From NCBI GenBank assembly GCA_963662615.2, contig CAXXSR010000001.1, forward strand, positions 576,001 through 640,000: 64,000 nucleotides of DNA, in the 5' to 3' direction. The translations under genes and the position numbers were made by a program. This document shows positions 18,889-27,685 of the stretch, piece by piece. The notes beneath the pieces are model-generated. The model searched no databases. It worked only from the letters and a program-made list of their open reading frames with translations, and was not told the DNA's origin. This stretch comes from Dehalococcoidia bacterium. Lineage in GTDB: Bacteria > Chloroflexota > Dehalococcoidia > Bin125. Position 1 is the first letter of the stretch. Every line of letters starts with the position of its first letter.

Positions 18889-20427
18889 GTGACGCGCGTT
18901 CTCCTCATCTCCACCTACGAGGATGGCCACCAGCCCCTCGGGCTGGCCGCTCCCGCGGCCGCCCTTCGCGCCGCCGGCCACGACGTCCGCTGCTTCGACC
19001 TCGCGGTGGAGACGCCGGAAGCCGGCATCTTCACCGACGTGGACCTGATCGGCATCTCCGTCCCCATGCACACCGCCGCCCGCCTCGGCATCGCCCTGGC
19101 CCGGCGGCTGCGCCGCCTCAACCCCACCGCCCACCTGACCTTCTACGGCCTCTACGGCTCGGAGCTGCACGACCACCTCACGCGGGACGGCATCGCCGAC
19201 TCGGTCATCGGCGGCGAGTACGAGCCCGGCCTCCGCGCCCTCGCCGACGACATCGGCGCCGGCCGTTCCGCCGACGCGCTCTCCCGATCCGGCATGGGAG
19301 CGGCGCCGCTCTTTCCCCGCCAGCGCTACCCCGTCCCCGACCGGCGCGACCTGCCCTCGCTGGACCGCTACGCGCATCTGGACACCGGCGACGAGCTGCG
19401 CCTCGCCGGCTACGTGGAGGCCACGCGCGGCTGCGCGCATCGCTGCACCCACTGCCCCCTCACGCCGACCTATGGGGGCCGCCTGCGACTGGTGCAGCCC
19501 GAGACGGTGCTGGCCGACATCGACAGCCTTGTGGCGAGCGGCGCTCGGCACATCACCTTCGGCGACCCCGACTTCCTCAACGCCGTCCCCCATTCGCTCG
19601 CCATCGTCCGGGAGATGCGGCGCCGCCACCCCGACACCACCTTCGACGCCACCATCAAGGTCGAGCACCTGCTGGAGCACGCGAACGCCCTGCCCCACCT
19701 CCACGACCTCGGCTGCCTTTTCATCACCTCCGCCTTCGAATCCGTGGACGACCGGCTGCTCGCCATTCTCGACAAAGGCCACACCCGCGCCGACATGGAG
19801 CGCGCCCTCGCCCTCGCCCAGCGGGCCTTGCTGGTGCTCCGCCCCACCTGGCTCCCGTTCACGCCCTGGACGTCGCTAGGCGATTTCTTCGCCATCCTGG
19901 AGTTCGTCGAGGCGCATGACCTCGTCTATCACGCTCAGCCGGTGCAGTACGCCCTGCGGCTGCTCCTGCCGCCCGGCTCCCCCCTGATCGACGTGATCCG
20001 CGCCGACGGCCTCCTGGACGGCTTCGACCCGGACGGCCTCACCCACCGCTGGCGCAACCCCGACCCCGCGGTTGACACGCTGCAGGCGCGCCTGGCCGGC
20101 GTCGTGGCGGCGGCCGCCACCCCGGATGCCCAGGGCCGCGCGGAGGACGTGGCGCACACGTTCGCGCGCATCAAAGCGGAGGCCGTGGCGGCGCTCCCCG
20201 TTCGTCCTGACCTGTCCTTCCCTCCTGGGAAGGAGCCTGTCGAAGAGCCTGCCCTGAGCTTGCCTGTCCTGATCCTTCCCCGCGGGAAGGACGAAGGGCC
20301 GAAGGGGCGAACGGCACCCGCCCCGAACGGCCACCGCCACGTCCCCGGCCTCACCGAAGCCTGGTTCTGTTGAGCGGAGCCCACCGAGGAGCAGTTGGCT
20401 CCTCTCGATAAGGCCCTGAGCATCTAG
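18889..20427 (+). CDS. CUAEP-tail radical SAM selenoprotein (Sec495; B12-binding-like N-terminal domain), 512 aa
   Basis: VLLISTYE.GHQPLG; CxxxCxxC = TRGCAHRCTHCP; ends LTEAWFC-TGA(20371)-AEPTEEQLAPLDKALSI-TAG; SECIS-like hairpin follows the TGA. Confidence 0.88.
20198..20314. repeat. 117-bp nested family-1 palindromic element inserted in-frame in the radical SAM gene
   Basis: CCGTTCG...CGAACGG termini; length equals 39 codons; translates as PVRPDLSFPPGKEPVEEPALSLPVLILPRGKDEGPKGRT. Confidence 0.88.
20386..20404 (+). promoter_or_regulatory. SECIS-like hairpin of the radical SAM gene
   Basis: GAGGAGC-AGTTG-GCTCCTC, starting 12 nt after the UGA. Confidence 0.78.
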
Positions 20428-20498
20428 GGGCGCTCACGCGCTCGCCGCCGTTGAAGTCGGGGAGGCTGGAGCCGGGTCGCCTGCCGCGCCCACGCCCC

Positions 20499-20615
20499 CC
20501 GTTCGTCCTGACCTGTCCTTCCCTCCTGGGAAGGAGCCTGTCGAACAGCCTGCCCTGAGCTTGCCTGTCCTGATCCTTCCCCGCGGGAAGGACGAAGGGC
20601 CGAAGGGGCGAACGG
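20499..20615. repeat. Second copy (116/117 identical) of the 117-bp element, direct orientation
   Basis: Aligned by eye to 20198-20314; one G/C difference. Confidence 0.9.
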
Positions 20616-20817
20616 CGCCCGCGCCCGCGCCACCCCCGCCCCCGGCCTTGAGCGACACCCAGACGCCTCAGGCGGGCCCTCGGGGAGCGACGGGGCTCTG
20701 AGCAGGCGCGGTTGTCCGCGGCTGCCGTGATTCGTTCCGTCACGGCATCGGCTGTAGCGTAGTGTCGCTGCAACATTCGTTTCGTCCCCTTCAGGGGTGG
20801 TCCGTGTGGAGGCCTGC

Positions 20818-21075
20818 GTGACGCGAGTGGACAAGCTCATAACGAAGCTCCAGCGAAAGCCGGCGGAAGCTGCATTCTCGGACATTGAGAGGCTGCTCAA
20901 CGCGCACGGCTGGGTCGTGGAGCGCTGGAGCGGGAGCAACGCCATATTTGTTCCGGAAGACGATCCAGGGCACGTGGGACTCAGAGTGGTGACTCTGAAA
21001 GGAAGGAAGGTCGCACGAGCCTATATCCAGAGAGTCCTTGAGCACCTGGACCTCGATCAGAAAGGAGGGGGCTAG
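20818..21075 (+). CDS. HicA-like type II toxin fold protein (orphan; GSH motif reads GSN)
   Basis: GGAGG RBS + GTG; FSDIERLLNAHGWVVERWSGSNAIF..KGRKVARAYIQRVL resembles HicA; no hicB adjacent. Confidence 0.7.
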   Translation: MTRVDKLITKLQRKPAEAAFSDIERLLNAHGWVVERWSGSNAIFVPEDDPGHVGLRVVTLKGRKVARAYIQRVLEHLDLDQKGGG

Positions 21076-21195
21076 CCCTGACTTTGCGCGCCAGGGGCCC
21101 AACTCTCTCTCTCCTCACCACCCCGCCCGCCGCTGCGCCCGCCCCGTCGTCCGCGTCACTCACGACGGCCAGAGGGGCTCGTCGGAGCTCCCTGC

Positions 21196-21411
21196 TCATG
21201 GGTTCAATTGCACGCCGCACACACAAATCCGCTCTGCTCCCCCCAATCCCGTTCGGTCACCATATTTAAAGTTGAGCGGCGCGTGGGAGAGCTTCCGATA
21301 GCACGAATGGCAGTACCGCCTCTTGCATTCTCCGCAGCACTGCCGGTAGAAAATGAAGCGCCAGACCGCCCTCCGTCCATTACCACAGACTGTGCATCTG
21401 ACTTGGACCAT
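21196..21411 (-). CDS. Small Cys-rich putative zinc-finger protein (71 aa)
   Basis: CTVC, CCGECKRRYCHSC and CVC: 9 Cys in a FYVE-like spacing; lower GC than the flanks. Confidence 0.55.
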   Translation of the reverse strand: MVQVRCTVCGNGRRAVWRFIFYRQCCGECKRRYCHSCYRKLSHAPLNFKYGDRTGLGGAERICVCGVQLNP

Positions 21412-21510
21412 GCTTGTCGCACCGGCAGCGGCTAAGCGAACTCCGCGAATCCGCCCAGCCTACTCCGCGTGGGAGTCCCCCTCCCGGCCGCGCCCTTCCC
21501 GATCGCTGTT

Positions 21511-21690
21511 CTACGCCAGCCGGGCGATGAGCCCGACGATTAGCGCCCCGACTACCACGATCAGCCACAGAATCAATATCGGCCGAGCGATCCATCGTTC
21601 GAGCGGTTCGAAATCCACTGGGGCCAGGGGATCTCCAGCGCCATTGAAGGAACCGCTTGGGCTGCTGCCATCCCAACGCTCAAGTGCCAT
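21511..21690 (-). CDS. Small single-TM hypothetical protein
   Basis: RBS-like purine run upstream; C-terminal hydrophobic helix ILILWLIVVVGALIVGLIA. Confidence 0.5.
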   Translation of the reverse strand: MALERWDGSSPSGSFNGAGDPLAPVDFEPLERWIARPILILWLIVVVGALIVGLIARLA

Positions 21691-22018
21691 TGCCACACTC
21701 CTGTCTTCCCCCTCAAGGTGGCACGTCGTCAGTTCCGCGGGCAGGTGCGGGCGTCCCATTCGCCATGGGACGAATGACCCATCCGCGCCGCTAGTCAGGA
21801 CGCGTCCGGCGGGCGAGACGGAATGAGGCTGGACGATAGCAACGAGAATGCCGCCGGGTTGCGGGGCACGCGTCTCCGGCTCGCCGACCTACCGCACGAA
21901 TCCGGGCTCCTCCCCCGAGGCGGTCCATCGTGGCGGCGAAGAGCTGCCACTCCAATTTCCTGCTCCTCGCCGCCTGCGCTCCGGCTCATTCTCGGCGTCG
22001 CTTTGCGGTCGCGATTCG

Positions 22019-23260
22019 TTAAGTGCTCGGCTCGATCTCGATCCGCAGCCGGGAGTGTGCTGCACGCAGCGCCCCCTCCACCTGCGCGGGCGTCTCCGCC
22101 TTGGCGAAGATGAAGCCCAGGTATTCGCCGCCCTCCGGCAGCGGCTCCACGACCTGCCCCACGCGCAGCGTCATCGTCACTTCCTCGATACCGGCAACCG
22201 CTCGCGCCTCGTCCAAGCCCTGCACCGCCGTCAGCCGTCCCTGGGCCGGAATCGGGATCATCATCACCCCCGCCGCCGATGCTTCTCGCTCGAACGAATC
22301 GATCGGCGCACCCGTCGCGTGGCGCAGCACGATCTCCTCCAGCGCCATCCCCGTGCCGAAGCGCAGCGTGCGCGCGCAGAGCCCGCCGATGGTCCGCGCG
22401 GCGATGTCCAGCGGCCAGATTCCCTCCGCGTTGAGGCGCAGCTCCGCGTGTACCGGCCCCTCCACGATGCCCAGCGCCCGCGTCGCTCGCTGCACGCAAT
22501 CGGCGATCGCCCGCTGCTGCTCCGCCGCCAACCGCGACGGCGTCACGTAGATGGTCTCCTCGAAGAACGGTCCCTGCAGCGGGTCGGGCTTGTCGAAGAG
22601 GGCCAGCGGGTGCAGCGTCCCTTCCCGCAGCAGCCCCTCCAGCGACACCTCATCGCCGGGGATGTACCCCTCCACCAAGTACGCGCGTGCCGTCTCGCCG
22701 CACTCCTCCGCCACGTCGGGGCGCTCCAGGATGGCGCTTAGCCGTCGCACCGCCGCCACGAACGACGCCGCATCGTCGGCGCGGATGACGCCGCGGCTCG
22801 CCGCCAGCGACAGCGGCTTCACGACGCAGGGATACGCCACCTCCGCCGCGACCCGCTCCGCATCCTCGTCCAGCGACGAGAGGCGAAACGTCGGTGAGGG
22901 CAGACCCGCGGCGGCGAGGCGCTCGCGCAGCACCGCTTTGTTTCGTGTCGCCTCCGCCGCCTCCACGGCGTTGTGGGACAGCGCCAGCATTTGGGCGGCG
23001 CGCGCCGCCAGCACCGTTCCCGTGTCGTCCACCGCTACGACGGCGTCAAGCGGATAGGCGTCGGCGAACGTCGCGATCGCCCGCGCCCCCTCCTCCGGCC
23101 TCGCGAAGCTCGCCGTCAACGTCCGCCCGGGAAACATCTCCGCGACCGGCTGGCCCCTGTCGGAGCCCACGACGATCTCCAAGCCCAGCTTCGCCGCCGC
23201 CGCCATGAAGTCGGGCGCCCGGTACGACGCCGTGGGAATCAGAAGGAGGACGCGGGTCAT
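22019..23260 (-). CDS. ATP-grasp enzyme, L-amino-acid-ligase-like
   Basis: NKAVLRERL, PCVVKPLSLAASRGVIRADD, VEGYIPGDEVSLEG, GPVHAELRL and IAARTIGG. Confidence 0.88.
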   Translation of the reverse strand: MTRVLLLIPTASYRAPDFMAAAAKLGLEIVVGSDRGQPVAEMFPGRTLTASFARPEEGARAIATFADAYPLDAVVAVDDTGTVLAARAAQMLALSHNAVEAAEATRNKAVLRERLAAAGLPSPTFRLSSLDEDAERVAAEVAYPCVVKPLSLAASRGVIRADDAASFVAAVRRLSAILERPDVAEECGETARAYLVEGYIPGDEVSLEGLLREGTLHPLALFDKPDPLQGPFFEETIYVTPSRLAAEQQRAIADCVQRATRALGIVEGPVHAELRLNAEGIWPLDIAARTIGGLCARTLRFGTGMALEEIVLRHATGAPIDSFEREASAAGVMMIPIPAQGRLTAVQGLDEARAVAGIEEVTMTLRVGQVVEPLPEGGEYLGFIFAKAETPAQVEGALRAAHSRLRIEIEPST

Positions 23261-23397
23261 GGGCTCTCTTCGTTGCCCCCCAGCCGTTCCCGGTGGGATT
23301 CGCCGCTCCCGTTGGGAGTCCTCAGTCTATCGTTGCTCCCTCCCCCGCCGGCGTCGCTCGTGACGGGGCTGCCAGGTGCTGTCCGCCGGCCGACCGG

Positions 23398-23441
23398 CGC
23401 CTGTCCGACGCCTGACCGACGCCCGTCCGACGCCTGTCCCG
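23398..23441. repeat. Four 11-bp tandem repeats (CGCCTGTCCGA) in the divergent ATP-grasp/merR intergenic region
   Basis: cgcctgtccga cgcctgaccga cgcccgtccga cgcctgtcccg. Confidence 0.75.
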
Positions 23442-23545
23442 CCCGCGTCCGCACCCTGACCATCAGGGTCGATCTGCCTGTCCCCGCTCCATCGCCTCGC
23501 TCCGGCCGCCCCCCCAACCCAGAGTCAACGGCGCTACAATGGCGA

Positions 23546-23577
23546 TTGACCTTCTAGTCAGATGGAAGGTTTATCCT
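23546..23577 (+). promoter_or_regulatory. MerR-family promoter/operator (elongated 20-bp spacer with dyad)
   Basis: TTGACC-N20-TATCCT with the imperfect palindrome ACCTTCT-N8-GGAAGGT. Confidence 0.85.
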
Positions 23578-23606
23578 GATCTCACAAGCCTCTCTGTCAG
23601 AAGGAG

Positions 23607-24155
23607 ATGGTCATGCGCATCGGTGAGCTGGCCCAGTGCACGGGGGTGCCCCCCAAGACGATCCGCTACTACGAGGGCATTGAGCTGTTGCCGTCGCCGC
23701 GACGCCAGCTCTCCGGCTACCGCGCCTACGATGACGAGGACGTCGCTCGGCTCCGCTTCGTCGCCAAAGCGAAGCTGCTGGGGCTGACGTTGGAAGAGGT
23801 CGGCGACATCCTCCGCGCCAGCGATCCCGACAGCGTCAACTGCGATCACGTCCTCTCCCTGCTGGAGGCCAAGCGCGACCGCATGGACGCCTGGATCGAG
23901 GAGGCGCGGACGCTTCGCGACGTCCTGGACCGCACCATCGCCGCCTCTCGCGACCGGCTTCAGACGGAGCGCTCCGGCGCCTACCACTGCCCCGTCATTG
24001 AGCGCGGCCTGCATGAGCGCGCCCTCCACCCCGGCCCCTCACGCCACCACGAGATCGAGGGCGCGGAAGCGGCCGCCGCGTCCGTCGTCGCATCCGCCGT
24101 ACGATCGGGCGGCCCCATCCGCCACGAAGGGAAGCGCAGCGATGCCCCCCACTGA
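23607..24155 (+). CDS. Heavy-metal-responsive MerR-family regulator
   Basis: MRIGELA..TIRYYE..GYRAY HTH; [11 protein letters not shown]; NCDHV and HCPVI. Confidence 0.9.
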   Translation: MVMRIGELAQCTGVPPKTIRYYEGIELLPSPRRQLSGYRAYDDEDVARLRFVAKAKLLGLTLEEVGDILRASDPDSVNCDHVLSLLEAKRDRMDAWIEEARTLRDVLDRTIAASRDRLQTERSGAYHCPVIERGLHERALHPGPSRHHEIEGAEAAAASVVASAVRSGGPIRHEGKRSDAPH

Positions 24156-26544
24156 GGACGCCGGCGTGGCGGCGCCCGACGCGCCGCAACGCGAGGTCGT
24201 GCTGCCGGTGCGGGGGATGCACTGCGCCTCATGCGTACTGCGCATCGAGACCGCGCTGGAGGCGGTGCCCGGCGTCGCCGATGCCAGCGTCAACCTCGCC
24301 AGCGAGCGCGCCACCGTGCGCGTCGTGGCGGGCCTCGCCGACGAAGCGCTGGTCGAGGCCGTGGAAGGCGCCGGCTATTCAGTCCGGCAAGCGGCCTCAG
24401 CGGACGCCGTCGACGAGGAGGCGGAGGAGCGCGAGCGCGCCCGCGAGCGGCGCGCCCTCTTGCAAGACGCGGTGCTCGCACTGGCGCTGGGATGGTCCGC
24501 CTTCCTCGCCCTGCAGATCAACCGCTGGGCGGACTTGAACTGGGACAAAGACGCCCTCTTCATCACGCTCTTCGCCGTCGCCACGCCGGCCTTTCTCTTC
24601 ACCGGCCGCCACATCTTCGTCGCCGCCTTCCGCGTCGCGCGACACCGCTCCACCGACATGGACACGCTCATCACCATGGGCGTCTGGGCGGCCTTCGGCT
24701 ACAGCGTCGCCGCCACCTTCGCCCCCGGCCCCTTCGCCGACGCCGGCCTCAGGCGCGAGACGTTCTACGAGACGGCGCTGATCATCGTCGGTTTCGTCTC
24801 CCTGGGCCGCTATCTGGAGGCGCGCGCGAAGGGCCGTACCTCCCGCGCCATCAAGCGGCTGCTCACCCTCCGCCCCCAGACCGCGCACGTCCTCCGCGAC
24901 GGCGAGGAGCGGGAAGTGCCCGTCGACACGCTCGTCGTCGGTGATGAGGTCGTGGTCCGTCCCGGCGAACAGTTCCCTGTCGACGGCGCCGTCCTGGACG
25001 GCCTCAGCAGCGCCGACGAGTCCATGCTCACCGGCGAGAGCATTCCCGTCGACAAGCGGCCGGGCGATCGCGTCTTCGGCGCCACCATCAACGGCACCGG
25101 GCTGATCCGTTTCCGCGCGACTGAAGTCGGCAGCGCCACCGTGCTCGCACGCATCATCGCCCTGGTCCAGGCGGCGCAAGGATCGAAGGCGCCCGTCCAG
25201 CATCTCGCCGACCGTGTGGCCTCCATCTTCGTCCCCGTCGTGATCGCCATTGCGCTCGGCGCCTTCATCCTTTGGCTGCTCGTGGGCCCCGACCCGGAAC
25301 TCACCTTCGCGGTTCTCAACGGCGTCGCGGTGCTGATCGTGGCCTGCCCCTGCGCCCTGGGGCTGGCCACGCCCACGGCGATCATGGCGGGCACGGGAAA
25401 GGCGGCGGAGCACGGCATCCTCTTCCGCAACGCCGAATCATTGGAGCGCGCGCACAACGTCGACACGGTGATCCTGGACAAGACCGGCACCATGACCGTG
25501 GGCCGCCCCACCGCCACTGATGTGGTCGGCCTGAACGGTCACTCGCGCGACCAGCTCCTCCGCCTCGCCGCCGCCGTGGAACGCGGCTCCGAGCACGCGC
25601 TCGCCCAGGCAATCGTTGAGGCAGCGCAAGCGGCGGGCCTGACCACGACTGCGGCCACCGACTTCAACGCCCTCCCCGGCCGTGGCGCCCGCGCCCGGGT
25701 CGATGGCCGCACCGTCGAGGTCGGCAACGCGCGTTTCATGGCCGAGCAGGGCTACCCGCTCGGCGACGCCGAGCAGCAGGGCGCGGCCTTCGCCGCGGCG
25801 GGGAAGACGCCGGTGTTCGTCGCCGTCGGCGGCGGGCTGGCCGGCATTATCGCCATCGCCGACACGGTCAAGCCGACTTCCCGGCGCGCCGTCGCCGATC
25901 TTCGCGCTCTGGGCCTGCGCACGCTGCTGCTCACCGGCGACAACCGCGCGACGGCCCAGGCCGTCGCCGACGACATCGGCGTGGATGAGGTCATCGCCGA
26001 CGTGCTCCCGGGGGACAAGGCTGCCGCCGTCGCCCAACTGCAAGCAGAGGGCCACACGGTGGCGATGGTCGGCGACGGCATCAACGACGCTCCCGCCCTG
26101 GCGCAGGCCGACGTGGGCATCGCCATGGGCGGCGGCGCCGACGTCGCCATCGAGGCGGCCGGCGTCACCCTCATGCGCGACGACCCTCGCGGCGTCGTCC
26201 AGGCCCTGGCGGTCAGCCGCGTCACGATGCGCACCATCCGCCAAAATCTGGCTTGGGCCTTCGGCTACAACATCCTGCTCATCCCCATCGCCGCCGGTCT
26301 CTTCTACCCCGTCTTCCAAGCCGCCGGCCCTGTGCCCGGCGGGCTCGAATGGCTCTTCGGCGAGCGCGGCTTCTTCGAGCCCATCGTGGCCGGCTTCGCC
26401 ATGATGCTCTCCAGCCTCAGCGTGATGGCGAACTCTCTCCGCCTGCAACGGCTCCGCCTGCGCAGCGACGACGGCGCTCCACCGGCCTCGCACCGCCACG
26501 CCGGGCCGCGCCCCGGCGTCGCGCCCGCCCGCTCCAGCGGCTAA
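24142..26544 (+). CDS. copA: Cu(I)-translocating P1B-1 ATPase
   Basis: HMA GMHCASC; TGES; [10 protein letters not shown]; DKTGT; GDGINDAP; YN in TM7; MMLSS in TM8. Confidence 0.93.
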   Translation: MPPTEDAGVAAPDAPQREVVLPVRGMHCASCVLRIETALEAVPGVADASVNLASERATVRVVAGLADEALVEAVEGAGYSVRQAASADAVDEEAEERERARERRALLQDAVLALALGWSAFLALQINRWADLNWDKDALFITLFAVATPAFLFTGRHIFVAAFRVARHRSTDMDTLITMGVWAAFGYSVAATFAPGPFADAGLRRETFYETALIIVGFVSLGRYLEARAKGRTSRAIKRLLTLRPQTAHVLRDGEEREVPVDTLVVGDEVVVRPGEQFPVDGAVLDGLSSADESMLTGESIPVDKRPGDRVFGATINGTGLIRFRATEVGSATVLARIIALVQAAQGSKAPVQHLADRVASIFVPVVIAIALGAFILWLLVGPDPELTFAVLNGVAVLIVACPCALGLATPTAIMAGTGKAAEHGILFRNAESLERAHNVDTVILDKTGTMTVGRPTATDVVGLNGHSRDQLLRLAAAVERGSEHALAQAIVEAAQAAGLTTTAATDFNALPGRGARARVDGRTVEVGNARFMAEQGYPLGDAEQQGAAFAAAGKTPVFVAVGGGLAGIIAIADTVKPTSRRAVADLRALGLRTLLLTGDNRATAQAVADDIGVDEVIADVLPGDKAAAVAQLQAEGHTVAMVGDGINDAPALAQADVGIAMGGGADVAIEAAGVTLMRDDPRGVVQALAVSRVTMRTIRQNLAWAFGYNILLIPIAAGLFYPVFQAAGPVPGGLEWLFGERGFFEPIVAGFAMMLSSLSVMANSLRLQRLRLRSDDGAPPASHRHAGPRPGVAPARSSG

Positions 26545-26564
26545 CGACGAACGGAAGCACAACG

Positions 26565-26783
26565 ATGACCACCAAGACGGTGACACTCCACCTTCCCGCC
26601 ATTCACTGCGACGGTTGCCTGGGCGCGGTCCGCCGGACGCTGGAAGGCGCCGGCGCGGCGTTCGAGTCGGGCGACGTCCAATCCAAGCGGGTGACGGTGC
26701 GTTTCGACCCCGACCGCCTCAGCCGCGAGGACGTCGTTGGCGCGCTCGAGCGCAGTGGCTTCCCTCCCGAAGCTGAGGAATGA
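26565..26783 (+). CDS. copZ: Heavy-metal-associated (CopZ-like) chaperone
   Basis: AIHCDGC motif, 72 aa, directly after copA. Confidence 0.8.
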   Translation: MTTKTVTLHLPAIHCDGCLGAVRRTLEGAGAAFESGDVQSKRVTVRFDPDRLSREDVVGALERSGFPPEAEE

Positions 26784-27672
26784 CCGTCGCGGCCACGGCG
26801 TTGTTTGCACGTGCGCGGCGGCGGCCAGTTGGCCTCAGGCTCGTGCTGACCGCGGCGCTCGGCGTCGCGCTGGCGTCGCTGTTCTGGTACACCGGCCTGG
26901 TCGATGGCGAGTTTGTGGCGGGCTGGCAGGATCAGCTTGCCGGCGCCCGCAGTGGCCCGGCCGTGGCTGTCGGCATGGCTCTGGCGCTGCTGATCGGCGC
27001 CTCCATGGTCGTCCTGCCCTGCGGCTTTCCCGCCCTGTTCCTGGTGCCGTCGATCCTGGAGCGAGAGCGTTCCACCCGGGGACGGCTGCGATCGCTGGGG
27101 GTCTTCGCCTTGGGAGCGACCCTCCCTTTGGCGGCGGCCGGGGCGATCCTGGGGCTGGCCGGCGGCGGCCTTTGGGACAGCCTCTCCGGCCAATCCCGCG
27201 TGCTCTTCGCCGCGACCTTCTACCCGCTGCTGGGGCTGGTCGCGATCGTCTATGCGCTGGTCCAGTTCGGCGTCCTGCACCGGCAGGGCGCGTTGGTGCG
27301 CATCGCCGGACCCACCATGCCAGGCGAGGATGCTCCGGCCCGCCGCTCCGCTGTCCTGGGGGCCACGTTCGGTGCGGGGCTAGGGATGGCCTGTCCCATG
27401 CCCACCTACTACGCCCTGCTGGCCTGGGTCGCGGTGGCGGCCAACCCCTGGTACGGGGCCCGCTGGTGCTGGGCGCCTACGGGCTGGGGCGCGTGCTGCC
27501 GGCCATCGGGCTGGGCCTGCTGATCGTGGCCGGCACAAGCGGCCGCGCCGTCTCACAGCGGCTGGTCGCCCTGCACGATCGCTTGGAGTTGGGCTCCGCC
27601 GTCATCATGGCGACGCTGGGAGTGTTCCTGATCGCGCTGTTCGGCGGCTTCATCGGCACCGGCCTGCTCTAG
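26780..27672 (+). pseudogene. CcdA/DsbD-like membrane thiol-reduction protein split by a frameshift at about 27460 (pseudogene or sequence error)
   Basis: VLPCGFP and MACPMP motifs in the first frame; continuation LVLGAYGLGRVLP..LGVFLI is in another frame. Confidence 0.7.
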
Positions 27673-27685
27673 CGCCCCACGCCGC

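Noticed and set aside
15301-20615. Repeats as a CRISPR array
   Set aside because: Copies are dispersed, nested and variable in length, without regular unique spacers. No cas genes are present.
21160-21198. TGA ending the Cys-rich microprotein as a fourth Sec codon
   Set aside because: The downstream hairpin is weak, starts too close and lacks the GT loop. No Cys-like context supports readthrough.
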